Positions 25,401 to 37,529 of a stretch of 64,000 bases of DNA are shown piece by piece. The notes beneath the pieces are model-generated. The model did no database searches. It was not told the DNA's origin and worked only from the letters and a program-made list of their open reading frames with translations. The stretch comes from Lytechinus pictus (Eukaryota), in assembly GCF_037042905.1 (NCBI RefSeq), contig NC_087259.1:5828001-5892000 (forward strand), written 5' to 3'. Within the stretch, counting starts at the first letter, position 1; each line of letters begins with the position of its first letter. Made by a program: the position numbers and the translations under genes.

Positions 25401-25541
25401 CTCAATAGACAAGAGTATCTACTCGTCACTGATTACTATTCCAAGTATCCGATCATTGCTAAGCTAACCGATACATTCAGTGCAGCTATAGCATGAGAGA
25501 TGACGGGAATCTTCATTCTATTCGGTCCGCCAGAAGAGATT

Positions 25542-25963
25542 AGCTGGTTTTCGCCCAGCGTCGTACGACGTAGAACGTAAGGGTCGTGTGCAAAAATTGC
25601 CAACTTCCATGGAAACAGAGGCCCAAGCGATCTTGAGCTCAAATCACGGACGGTTCTTCCGCAAATTAGCGGGCGTCCGCATTAGAACGTAGGATTTGTC
25701 AACAGCCGTCAACAGCCAATCAGATCGCTTGTAGAGCGAGCAAGCTGAGCTGAGCCGCGCCGACAGCCAGTTCATAGAGCGCGGGCGCGGGATTTTCCCT
25801 AGTAGTGGTGACGTCATGCAGTCTACGTACTTCCGGTCGATCCGGCCGCGATCAGCGATTTGCGAAACTGCTTACAAGCGAGAGTTGAGCGCGACGGACG
25901 CACGAACCAAGAGATCGTTCTACGTCGTTGATAGCGTCGTACGACGCTGGGCGAAAACACACT
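25542..25963. mobile_element. MITE inserted in the integrase, 3-bp TSD ATT
   Basis: TIR GTTTTCGCCCAGCGTCGTACGACG/CGTCGTACGACGCTGGGCGAAAAC; removing it restores PEEIVSDNG. Confidence 0.9.
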
Positions 25964-27070
25964 ATTGTGTCCGACAACGGTCCACAATTTGTCGGGAAAC
26001 CATTCCAAGACATGTGCAAGAAGTGGAATATCAAGCACATCACTTCTTCACCGCACTATCCAAGATCCAACGGATTAGCTGAGAGAATGGATCGTACAAT
26101 CAAGAATACGTTGACGAAGTGTTCTCAGACTAACCAAGACAGTCAACTAGCCATGATGCACCTGAGAGCAACACCAGTTGACAATAACTTGAGATCACCA
26201 GCAGAGATGTTGTTTGGAAGACCCATCAGAACCACATTGCCAAGTCACTATCTTTCGAGAGGTTCTGCTGCCACCGAGTTTCTGTTGAATAGGCAAGACA
26301 AAATGAAGGAAGTGCATGATCGACATGCAAGTTCTCTTCTGCCACCACTGCATGTAGTCACAGCCAGTGAGGGTTCTGCATCCAAGAGACAACACTTGGA
26401 TACCAGCCAAGGTATCCAAGGTCTGCGAAGAACCTCGATCCTACGAAATTTCAACGCCGAACGGAGGAATCTTGAGGAGAAATAGATCTCACTTGAGGGA
26501 AGTTCCATCCAGATTCGACGAAGACCACACCACAGAAACTCAACCAGAGGAAAATAACGTCCAACGAACACCAATGTCCAACTCTAACGCTAATCAATCT
26601 CAACAGACATACTTGTTTGAAGATTGAACATTATGAACACTTTAAACTCTCAAACAAAGAAGAGAAAAGAAGAAAGAAGAACAACACTGAAGACATTAGT
26701 GTAGTTTAAAATTTTATTATATGCATGTATAAGCATTGTACATTATTTTTGGGTATGTCAAGATAGTGTTTACGAAATTATCAAAAAGACACTATAGCCA
26801 AAACTTTTTGTTTGGAAAAATTGATTCAGGATCAATCCGGTTGATATCCAAATTATCTTCAGTTTTGCACAAGATTGGAGTTATGTAAATTGAAGATGCA
26901 TACAGTTTATCACAAATTGATATTATTCTCACAAACCAAACAATTTCTATATTATCATCTGATATATCATAACTAAGCCAAATTACCAAAATTTGCAGAC
27001 TACCAAAAGTATTGTTTGAAAACAATATCATTGAAATTTGAAATTCTCAATCTTATCAGAAGAAGGGGGA

Positions 27071-27221
27071 TGTTACGATATCAGTATTGATATCTAAGCA
27101 CTTCATACACCTCCCGCAACATGGATACCATGCCTGTTGATTGACCTGCCTGGCCTGTATAATAATACTGTATCATACGTTCACTACCAAATTCTCCACC
27201 AGAGTCCTTTGTATTGGATCA
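27071..27221 (+). repeat. 3' LTR (151 bp)
   Basis: Direct repeat of 20643-20794, preceded by the PPT and followed by CCCTT. Confidence 0.95.
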
Positions 27222-27410
27222 CCCTTGACAAGTATTCCCTGAATTGACCGCCTAAACAAGTATACCGATATTTTAAATGTCACGGACATGATCATGGACG
27301 CCTGGCTTTACCTTTACTTACATTGGGTTACATTCTGTGTTAGGCCATAGACACAAGTTCAGATGAACAAATATTTTTCACCAATTTTTTTTATTGAAAT
27401 ATTTTGTTAA

Positions 27411-28299
27411 AGAACAAGTCCACCCCAACAAAAGGTTGATATGAATAAAAGAGAAAAATCCAAAAGCATAACACTGAATGAAAATTTCATCAAAATCGGA
27501 TGTGAAATAAGAAAGTTGTGACATTTTAAAATTTCTCTTTATTTCACAAAACAGTTATATGCACATGTCGATGCACTGGTCGATATGCAAATGAGGAGAC
27601 CGATGGCGTCATCCACTCACTATTTCTGTTGCTTTTTTATGAAAATGAAAAAAATGAAAATCCATAATTATTGTTTGAAATAGACATGAAATGAAATACT
27701 CCGAAAATTTGCTTTGCCCAATTGATCGTGGGCCCGGCAGCCGCTGTGCAGCGCCAGATCGACGAGGCTCTATCCCTTAATCGTTGAACACCAAACAGAG
27801 TAGTAGCAACTCCCATCTTTTAACGTCTTTTGGTCTGACGCGGCCGGGGTTTGAACCCCCGACCTCCCGGTTGTGAGACGGACGCTCTACCAACTGAGCC
27901 AACACACCGGTTATTATATGAAATATTAAATATTCTGATTTTCTCCTCATTGTCAAGGGAAACAACAATTAATTTATCCCTGAACATGTGGAATTAGCAT
28001 TGTTTAATACTATATGGTTCAGTCAAGTTGGTCCTTATTGTCAAATATCTAAAAAATAAAATAGTGTATTATTCAAACAATAAAAAACAAAATAAATAAA
28101 ATAGTGCGTGATTGACATCATCGACACTGAGTTGTGCAACTGAGTTGTGCATATCACTGTTTTGTGAAAAATAAGCGAAACTTCAAAATGCCATAACTTT
28201 TTTATTTTACATCCGATTTTGATGAAATTTTCAGCGTTATGTTTGTTTCATTTTTCTCTATTTATTCAAATCCACATTTTTCTGGAATGGACTTGACCT
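27411..28299. mobile_element. Kolobok-type non-autonomous element carrying a SINE
   Basis: TTAA|AGAACAAGTCCACCCCA...GGAATGGACTTGACCT|TTAA. Confidence 0.85.
27686..27911 (-). mobile_element. tRNA-derived SINE with a Meta-like core
   Basis: Minus strand: TGGCTCAGTTGGTAGAGCG...GGTTCAAACCCC, then GTCAGACCAAAAGACGTTAAAAGATGGG...ATTAAGGG, then a CATTT-repeat tail. Confidence 0.8.
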
Positions 28300-29281
28300 T
28301 TAATGTTTCGTCTTATGTTTATATAGTTTTGGCATTAAACGTAGTTAATAGTAATGGTATTAATTCTATTGTTTATGTAAGCGATTAATTCATTAGGGTT
28401 TTTTAAAGTTTTTTGCACTAATAGGTCCTTCAACGCTGGATTGCAGAAAGCAGCTATCAACATGGCCGATGAAAAAAAATCATGTTAGGTTCACATTTCT
28501 CCCCCCCCCCCCTGAGTCAAGGGCTGAAATCTCTCCCCAAAGGTAGGGGAGGGGACCAGGGGCTGGAAAATTTGACAAGCAAAAAAAAAGTTACCACCCA
28601 AAAAGTAAGGTCATTTCGTCCAAAATACATGTTTTATTTATATTTTGAATGATGTATTTCTTTCCATCATAAAAAAAAAAAAATCAAAATTAGTAGGGGG
28701 CATTGGATATTGTGTCCCCCCTACTATTTTGGGTAGGGGGGACGCGTCCCCCCTGGGATTTCCGCCCATGCCCTGAGTTGAGTCCAACACCGCTTTGCAG
28801 TCCAAGCTTTTCAAAATATGTTTTCCAATGTACTACGATTGGGGGTTTGCGCAATAGCATAATAAAGCATGATAAGCATATCTCTTAAAACAACTTTCAA
28901 ATTTGACTCCCCAACCCCCAACTATGGTTGTTTTGTCATAGTGTTCTATGTTTCGGCAATATTTTTTTTCCACATTGGCAGGAGTATTAATGTATATGTA
29001 AGTACTACAAAATATGTCCCAGGCGATGACTTATATTTCATTATGAACGATACTTAATAACATGACAAAATATTGTAGTCAATTCGTTTGTGTGGCAACG
29101 GCACGCGCCTTCTATTGAGGAACTCTTCCGAGTCATAGAGGGGTTTCACACGCTCGCATTTTGCGTCCTTCGAATGATCATTGGAGTGACGTCTGAAATG
29201 CATGATCATTCGAATGACGAAATTGATCGTGTGAATGCAAAATGGCGTAAATTGAAATGCGCAGTTCAAATGGTGGTATCA

Positions 29282-29462
29282 AGGGGCCTTTTCACACGTG
29301 AATCTTGAATCATCAGTGTAATAATGATTCCATTTTGTCTTTAGAATCATCGGACCTTTCACACGCTCACTCGAAAACTGTGATTTGAATTCGAATTCCC
29401 GAGCGAAGGCGGTATGTGTCCTTTGGTGACTTGTCAATCAAAGTACATGCATCGCAAATACA
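29282..29462. mobile_element. Partial MITE (GGCCTTTTCACACG family)
   Basis: Reverse complement of about 48615-48792. Confidence 0.7.
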
Positions 29463-29932
29463 GTTCTGTCTAGGACAAATTAGTTTAAAAAATATTCGAA
29501 GCTATTTTGCCGAGGCTCCAACACGCCGGAGCCCCAATGTCTCTTTTGGCCAACTCTGGTGATGAAACGGCGCAGACTCAGATCAGATTATGCCGAGCGT
29601 AGTCACCGATGACTGAACGAATTAGGTCCAGCGTCCAGGGGACGCGGACAAATTATCGAGATTTGCCGTTCAAATTTGAAGTTGGAAGGAAATGTAAAAC
29701 AAATTTACCGGGCGTTTCATTTGAAAATATAATTAGCAATCATTCTTCCTCGGTTGCATGTTCCCAATAGAGATATAATTTGTGTACAATGCATTGGTAT
29801 TTAAAGAAAAAGAAGGAGACACAACAAACAATTTCCAAATGTGATTCTATCTCTTTTTTCATTTTTTTATTAATAACTTCCTCTAGATTGAACTGATCTT
29901 TAACACGAAATTCTGATTTATTTATTTTCTAG

Positions 29933-30529
29933 GATATAGCAAGACCTAAGGCCTCGTGGAAAGAACGGACAAATGTATCTGTAAATCCCTTTTGCCCTAA
30001 TCTTTCAGCAAGGCGAAGACGAAGATATTATACTTACGAGGACAGCATACCAAGTCAAATCTCCTGGACAAGTTTGCTCAACATGACTAATCCAAATTTC
30101 ACATCATTTCACATCACCAAAACAAATCGGAACAATGCTTCTAAGTATTTCGTCTGCGATGAACTGCGGTTGATCATTCAAGCCCGGAATGGGCTAAACG
30201 AGAGCAAGGCTTACGGAGGAGACTATTTCCGCACCAAAATATATACCAAAAATTCAACTTTCCAGGCAAGCTCGATGTCAGACGGCGAAGTTGTCGACCA
30301 TGGGAACGGGACGTACAGCGCCCTCTTTACCTTGAAGTGGGCAGGTTTGGTTAACATTCAGGTTACATTAGTTCATACAAGTGAAGCCAATTACGTGTTA
30401 AGAAGACTTCAGAAAGAAGAAGTGACCAGAAGTCACCATAAAGGGCGATTTTATTCTAAAGATCCGAAGAAAGCCGAGGAAACATTTTGCAATATGGACC
30501 TAAAAGTGTTAAACGAAACTGTCGGAAAG
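29933..30529 (+). CDS. NXPE: NXPE-family gene A, coding exon 2 (stem and Ig-like/neurexophilin region)
   Basis: Acceptor TTTTCTAG, donor GTAAGA, 597 nt, phase 0/0; NXPE hallmarks YGGDYFR, DHGNGTY and VTLVHTSEA. Confidence 0.9.
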
Positions 30530-31279
30530 GTAAGACAATTTATACCAAAAACTTTCTCTTAAAGAATTAATGTTGAATACATGTAAATTATCTATCGGTG
30601 GAACACGAAATCCCTTTCCTCTGTGCTTAAGCATTGACTAAAACTTATTGACATCCAATTATATGGACGATGTCGTTGTAAAGTTACACTTATCCTTCCA
30701 CCCTTTCTTCTCTTGCTCCTTCTTCTTTCACCTTCTTCTCCCCTCCTTCGCCTCCTTTTTCGATCTCGCACTCTACTTTTTATTATTTTAATCTGCCCAG
30801 ATCACCATCAAGATTCTTAGATTCGACAATGGTATATTTGTAATTACAATAGCTCAGGAGTATTTTTTTGTAATCTATATGTACATTATAATCAAGATAA
30901 CCAAACAAACAGTTTGGGAATGGAGGAGGCTGCTAAAAAGCGGAACGTGTGGGGTGCAGCCTCCTAGTAAAATAAATAGTGTTAACCAAAACAGCAAAAG
31001 GAATGCCTTTGCATGGCATTTTGCCATAATATGCGGCATTGGCCACATAGCCTCTCTTATTTGGGTACAGAGAGCAAACATTGTGACCCCTATACCAAAA
31101 AAGTTACACACTCTAAACGTCAAATCAGCAATATAACTGGTTGCATCAATTTCAATGACTGGTGTGCACAATGTTAAATGAAATTTCAATGAGAGTATAG
31201 GTAGTTTTCTGACCAATGGTCGCATTGGAAAAAAACAACAACTGCATGTGGAGACCATTATAATCGGAGATGATACGTC

Positions 31280-32223
31280 ACTGATGATCCTTCAAGTTTT
31301 TGTCAGTTGGGAGCACCATATCTCGCGGTTTGGGCCAGGTAGTTTGCCTGACGTCAAACGAACATGCCTGTAAATCACTATTGAGGAGGATAAGGTACGT
31401 GAGGCGGTTAAGCTTGGCCCGAAAACATGGGCCCTTGACTGTACAATAAAGGAACATAGCTGCATTGTCTGCATGATGAAACAAATCAATGGGTTAGACT
31501 TTTGGCCTCGCAAATCTTTTATCCGGAGAAGTAGACGTAGCGGTAGGGAATTCATGGAAACCTGCAGCAGATGCAATGTATTCACAGACGAAGATGCTCC
31601 GTGTCACAAATCCAAGATTGCAAAGGACTCCTTGCCCGGGGGGGGGGGGGGCACTCGACCAAAAAAGTGGTAGGGGTGTGCCGCGGGCGAGGCAAAAAAC
31701 GGGGGCCTTGGAGCGGGCTTATTGTAAAAAGGAGGGTCCTCGGAACGGGCTTCGGAACTATAAATGTTTGTGAAAACGGGGGTCCTCGGAACGGATCTCC
31801 GTATCTCTGTGAGTGCGTATGCATCCCTATGGAACGGGCAATCGTGCATGACGCAGCTAGCGCGGCCTCTGCCGGGTGCGCTCGCGCTTAGGCGATGGTC
31901 GAAAAGCGCTCTACGGCCAATGCGACCGGAACGGCGTAACGAAAAATATGCGAAGCTTTGGAGCGGATTTCTTTCTTCTTTTTTCTCGATAAGAAGGAAA
32001 TGCTATGCCTTGGAGCGGCTTTCTTTGCTCTTTTTCTCAAAAAGACAGAAATGCTATGCCTTGGAACGGAAATTTGAGTGTAAAAATGGGGGTCCCCTCC
32101 GCGGCACATACCCACTATGCATTATATACTGAGTGCCCCCCCGGGACTCCTTGTCAAAGAACAACAAATTCAAACTTCTTGACTTGTCTGCGAACAACCC
32201 TAATCTCTATTTCTCGATTTAAG
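31280..32223 (+). pseudogene. Highly decayed Tc1/mariner-like transposase remnant
   Basis: After removing the 31635-32145 insert it reads VFTDEDAPCHKSKIAKDSLSKNNKFKLLDLSANNPNL, resembling the Tc1 motif F.QD.APCH.SK...WP.NSPDLN. Boundaries approximate. Confidence 0.5.
31635..32145. mobile_element. MITE with CCCGGG(G)nCACTC termini and 8-bp TSD
   Basis: ACTCCTTG|CCCGGGGG...GAGTGCCCCCCCGGG|ACTCCTTG; internal GGAACGG/GGAGCGG repeats. Confidence 0.9.
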
Positions 32224-32248
32224 TTCACCCTCCTGGCTATAAATAAAT

Positions 32249-33100
32249 CGTCGCCGAATCCACGAAGTGGCACACCTGCGACCGTTGATGCGCGAAATCA
32301 CTTTTCGAGATAAACGCGATTAAAGATTTTTAAATTTTCAATTGCCAGTTGCTATAGGATTGTGAAGTTTAACAGAATAAAGAATGCACATACCACTAGC
32401 CAGATATTTACTCCTGCTTCCCATGTAAAAATTTTATCGAATGTACATCAAATCTTGACGTAGCAGTGATTCAAACACAAGCATGACATGTGTCGTTTTG
32501 TGGAAAATATTACTTCAGCGTGCGTAGAAACGGCGCGCACGTGCGTGCCATTTCGTGGATTATTTTACAACGGATTTTGAGGCTAGTGTCGTTTTTTTCA
32601 CTTTAATTATCTCATTAATTACAGAAAATTTGGTTCTAAATTTCGGTGAAATGATAGACCATAGCCAAGGCATACTAAAGCTGAAAGATACTTGAAATTG
32701 AATACTAAAACAGAAAGATACTCAAAATTTACTTTTCACGTGATTTTGGGACGTTGTGCCACTTCGTGGAATCAGAGACGTCACAGAATCCACGAAGTGG
32801 CACACGCGATATTTGATGCGCGTAATCACTATTCGAGATAAACGCGAATAAAGATTTTCACATTTTCAACTGCCCATTGCTATATGATTGTGAAGTTTAA
32901 CAGAATGAAGAATGCACATAACCAAGAGCCAGGTATCTACTGCTGCATTCCATGTTAAAAATGTATTGAATGAACATCAAATCTTGATTAATTAGAGAGA
33001 ATTGGGTTCTAAATTTCGGTGTAATAATAGACCATGACTAGAGAATACTAAAGCTGAAAGAAACTAAAAATTGACTTTTCACGTGATTTTGGGACGTTGG
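32249..33100. mobile_element. Head-to-tail dimer of a MITE (second copy partly deleted)
   Basis: Copy 1 at 32249-32780 has TIRs CGTCGCCGAATCCACGAAGTGGCACA/TGTGCCACTTCGTGGAATCAGAGACG; copy 2 begins at 32779. Confidence 0.75.
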
Positions 33101-33489
33101 GCCTTCAGTACACAATGCACGAGTAGGCTGCAATACAGACCCTTTACTCGAGTGAAGGGTTTGCACAGCAGACCAGTGTTGGCCTGTGCTGCTCCGATAT
33201 GTAGGGCGAAGATTTATCGTTGAGTGCTTTAAATACGAACACTCGAACTTAATAGGCGATTCTCTGATTGATAGGAAGCCAATGTAGGTCACGCAGAATA
33301 GTGATCCATGATGTAATATATCTTTATCGCATTCATTGTCCATTTTTATGATTATCGATATTTGTCTGTATGTTCATGTTGTAAGTACTAAACATTGCTT
33401 ATATAACCTGTCTTTCTTGATTCTGTTTGGCATTAATATCATTCACTTTCTTTGTTTCTTTTATTCAATTTTTAACCGAACGAGAACAG

Positions 33490-33638
33490 ACCGAAAGCTG
33501 TAACTTTACCGACACAAGTACCGGGTCCCCTTGGTTTTGCGTGAAACCACAGAATTTCACCTGCAACGATTGGGTTGAGCATCACAATGTACAGTATAAA
33601 CCAGTCATATCGGACAACGAAAAGCTTCCTTTTACCTG
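33490..33638 (+). CDS. NXPE: NXPE-family gene A, coding exon 3
   Basis: 149 nt, TESCNFTDTSTGSPWFCVKPQNFTC..., AG/GT boundaries, phase 0/2; same length as the paralog exon. Confidence 0.88.
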
Positions 33639-34064
33639 GTAATTGTCCTTTGATATATGGAATTTAGGTTCAAACTTTTGTAGTGTGGAAGAGAATAAGG
33701 AATATATGTTCCATAATAGGAACCCTTTTCAAAGTTGTAGGGAGAAGAACAATGACTAGATAAGGCAATGACTACAGTGACTCACTGTAACCTTCTAAAA
33801 AGAGGCGTGCGAGGTTTTCCTCTAACAATCTATTTTGACCTATGGTAGCCAAGGGTAGATTGACGCACCTGCCTTTGCTCGCCGTGATGCACACATGTCG
33901 GATTCTAATTTTACCTCATAAGAATATCGAAAGCGTAACGAAAAATAATAGATACCAAGTGAATTATCATAGTTTTGTCTTCACTGTAAGTGTTCCTTGA
34001 TAGAACTAGTTTTAATCTGAACGTGATAGAATTAGTTTAAAACTTTTCATTCGTTCAATCGCAG

Positions 34065-34120
34065 GAACAACCGAAAAATATCTGGATCTGAAAACAGGAT
34101 TGTAGTCCATCGTACAGTTG
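34065..34120 (+). CDS. NXPE: NXPE-family gene A, coding exon 4
   Basis: 56 nt, CGCAG|...|GTGAGT, phase 2/1, NNRKISGSENRIVVHRTV; the paralog has a homologous 56-nt exon. Confidence 0.85.
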
Positions 34121-35152
34121 GTGAGTCTCGATGATTATAATAATAAGAACAACAACGACAACAATGATATTAATAAGGATGATAATAATGAATAGTAATA
34201 ATAGCAATGATAGTAGTTATTTAACAATAAAAGACGAATATTTCAAGCTGTTTGGCATTTGTCATGTTATAACATTTCAAAATATTATATCAAATCGCAT
34301 CCAGCATAGTTATTTCATTAGTTTACGCACGTTCCCTTACATCATTAGAAAAAAACTGGATGTAGGCCTAAATGTTAATGAATGGAATAAATGTGACAGA
34401 GAAGAAAGTGGTCTAGTGCTATTTTTAACCCCAATGAACATGATTAAAAGAAAGTTATTGAATGTATTCAATAATCATACTGTTCATGTCGAAGGAAGAA
34501 CAGGATAAGCTCTTTCATAAGATATACCAAGTTGTCATGGTAATTTAATTCCCGGAGAGTTTTTATAAATTTCATCAAATCGAGTTTTTGTGCATAATCT
34601 CCAGGTGTATCTACGAGGATCTAAAAGTATGGCCCCTTGAAAATAACGCAATCGTGTGCAATGCTGTCTGACGTTGATTTTTCTTTAAATAGCATACATA
34701 TTTTATTACTCGTTACATATCTAAATTCACAGCATAAAAGAGCAAGCCATGAATGAGAAATGTTTCAACCTCTGAAAGTTATTTAGTTTGATAGCAAATT
34801 CATCACAGTATCAATTATAATCTTGGCGAATGAACATTTTCTATGAAATGCTTATATTCATGTTTGTTGGTCCAGTATGTTCTAACTATGCTTATTGTGC
34901 GATGGCTGCTACGCGGAATATATGAATTTGATAATTACATAAACGTTTACTTCAGCTATGGTAAGCCTTGCCCTACAAACTGAATATATGCTCCAAACAA
35001 ATTTTCATATTCAAGATCTCAGATTGAGGGATTGTCAAATTCACCATAAATTGCAATATTGGAATATCGATCGACATATATTTGTAAAAGATGCATTTTT
35101 TTTGTAATTTGAATTTATATATATTTTTTTATCAATACTCATTGCCTCCTAG

Positions 35153-35964
35153 GTAACGAGTCCATTGTACACAGTGGGGCTCTGGATCACCTTCCAGCTT
35201 GCTTGCCACAGATTCAATTTGGAGCACCAGAAGTTGCTGGCTTTTACTGGGGAAAGAATTGGCTCTCAGCAGATTGCGGAATACAAATATTCCATCAATC
35301 GCAAGCAATCTCGCTCTTGAAAAATAAAACCATATATTTTTTAGGGGATTCTACCATCCGGCAGCTATTTGAATTTTACGTAAAGCTCTTCAAATTGAAA
35401 ACGGTTCCAATCTCCAAGGACCCGTCGTGGTTCGTTGGACCGACAATCGCCAAAGACAGCAAAAACAACATTAATTTCCACTTTCAATTTCACGGGCATC
35501 CAATCGGGAGATCAAAGTGGGCGAATGTTTCAACCACAGAGTATATAGCAAATTTTATTGATCGTGTCAAAGGAGGGGAGAGCACTATTTTTGTTTTGAC
35601 GTTGTGGGCGCACTTTGCTGCATTCCCTCCTTGGTTCTACGAAACTCGTGTGGACGATGTGTTGATGTCTCTAAGACGCCTTCAGAAGCGTAGTCCAAAA
35701 ACGTTGGTCATCTGGAAAAGCGCAAACACAAGAGAACATGACGGATTGGATCATTTTCTTAAAAACAGTGACTGGACTGCGAGGGACCTCGATAGAAGGA
35801 TGAGAAATAAAGTTTTTGCTCTTGAAAATCTCGGGTTTATGGATGCCTGGGACATGACAAATGCACAGTTCGAAAAAGATGCCGTACATCCTACGGGTTC
35901 ACACGTTGAAAATCTCAGCAATAAACTATTAACATACATTTTAAATCATAAAAACGAGGAATGA
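35153..35964 (+). CDS. NXPE: NXPE-family gene A, last coding exon (SGNH/PC-esterase catalytic domain)
   Basis: FLGDSTIRQ, HGHP, LWAHF, KSANTRE, DAWDMT, DAVHP; stop TGA; AATAAA at 35995. The spliced CDS totals 1770 nt in frame. Confidence 0.93.
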
Positions 35965-36408
35965 TAGTTTGCACACCTACCTTGCCATTTATCAAATAAA
36001 AAATAACAATTAGCAGGGTTCAAAAGATGACATCGGTTGAAATATCATGTCTTTCAATTTATTTTTAACGTTGGATGTTTGTGTACTAATTATTCACCTT
36101 GCCATTAAATTAATTAAATTAAATTAAATTAAATTGATAAATTAACATTGTTGAAAGATGTCATATGAGGTTTTTTTTTTAAGATAATCACGGTTGTCAG
36201 AGAGGTGTCGAAAAATATTTTTTCTCAACGGAAATGACAAAGATTTTTCACCAAACCATACTGATAGAGATGGCTACCGGAAAAGAGAGAGAGAGATAAA
36301 TGGCGGGAAGTAGAAAGCAAGGTGAGAAAAAAGGAAGAAATCAGTATGTGCAGTCAGACCAAGCAGGCACTAGTGCTACCACAACGTAGGCATAAGCTGG
36401 TAGAGGCC

Positions 36409-36520
36409 CAGTGGCGGACCGTGACCCGGAGGAGACAAAGCATTGGAGGGCACAGCATTGTTCACTCACAATACAGTGCCCCTCCAAAGCTTTGTCTCCT
36501 CGGGTCACGGTCCGCCACTG
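36409..36520. mobile_element. 112-bp hairpin MITE (hAT-like CAGTGGCGG ends)
   Basis: Arms of about 45 bp: CAGTGGCGGACCGTGACCC...GGGTCACGGTCCGCCACTG. Confidence 0.85.
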
Positions 36521-36995
36521 GGTAGAGCCACACCCACCATTAAGAACTGCTACGAACGCCGAACGATTGTTAGACCATTTCGTAAGATCTTCTCAAGAAG
36601 GCCATACGAAACCAGCGTTCGCAGACAGCACATAAACCGTTCGTAAGTTTGCAGCTTGGTAGATGTTCTCCGAGATTTTGTTAACGTCGTATGAAACCCT
36701 CCATTCGTAAGGCGGCTGTATGAACGTCATTAAAACATCTAAGAATTATGCAGACTTTATAGGGCGAGAGTCGATTCTTGAAGTTTTAAGTCGTAAGAAC
36801 GCCTTAAATTGACTATAGAGAGTTCTCACGGCGTTTGCAAGAAATCCTTACGAACAGAGATTCTTACGGGCGAATCGTGGCTTTTATAAGGCGTTTATTG
36901 GGGACTCCTGAGGCATAGGTACACAATTTTCTGAAATTGTTGAGTAAAATTTTCGTTCAAATGACTTCAGAGTGCAGTGTAAAGACCATTTTGTG

Positions 36996-37245
36996 CACTG
37001 CAAAAACTCTGGTGTTGATTTAACACCAGCCCGGAATCTATATATGTCCACACAAGAGAATACAGTGTTAAACAACACCAGTTTCCTTTTGGTCTATTAA
37101 ACACCAGATAGGTGTTTATACAACACCAATAAGTATTATAATAGCATCGGCTTGATTCCAAACTGGTGTTGTTTCAATACTTCTCTGGTGTGGACATATA
37201 TAAATTCAGGGCTGGTGTTAAATCAACACCGGAGTTTTTGCAGTG
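36996..37245. mobile_element. EnSpm/CACTA-type palindromic MITE with 2-bp TSD, nested in an older CGTAAG/CTTACG-rich repeat (~36530-37510)
   Basis: TG|CACTGCAAAAACTC...GAGTTTTTGCAGTG|TG. Confidence 0.85.
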
Positions 37246-37529
37246 TGACATCAGAATCGTAAGACGGCCTTAAGTCTGACGAAAGAATAACTCAGTGAGA
37301 AACGTAAGAATTTTAGGGCCATTATGAAACCGAAAATTAGTTTGTATCTCAAAAAGGTCTTAAGTTGTGTTTTGGGAATGTCGTAAGAATCTATGCTCCT
37401 ACGAATCTCTATGCAGTCCAGAATTCGTACTGTTACAGTAAGATCAGGTAACTCCTCGGTAAGATTCTATATACGAACGCATCTATCGTACGAACCTTTG
37501 TGACCGTAGCTTTAGCTGTCATTTTCATT

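Larger units (their letters stand above)
21381..26627 (+). pseudogene. Disrupted gag-pol polyprotein
   Basis: Starts MSSGKYPEMNW; double zinc knuckle CGNCGRFH...CRACGTKGHWAKFC; protease VDSGAS; RT LPFGL and IADD; RNase H; integrase HHCC, SDNGPQF and SNGLAER; interrupted by stops, frameshifts and three MITEs. Confidence 0.92.
20643..27221 (+). mobile_element. Full-length decayed Ty3/Gypsy LTR retrotransposon (Mag/SURL-like)
   Basis: TG...CA LTRs, 5-bp TSD CCCTT, PBS-like TGGTGG directly after the 5' LTR, PPT AGAAGAAGGGGGA before the 3' LTR, domain order gag-PR-RT-RH-IN. Confidence 0.95.

Noticed and set aside
31571-32313. Cluster of overlapping GC-rich ORFs
   Set aside because: They arise from the GC-rich MITE at 31635-32145 and show no protein motifs.
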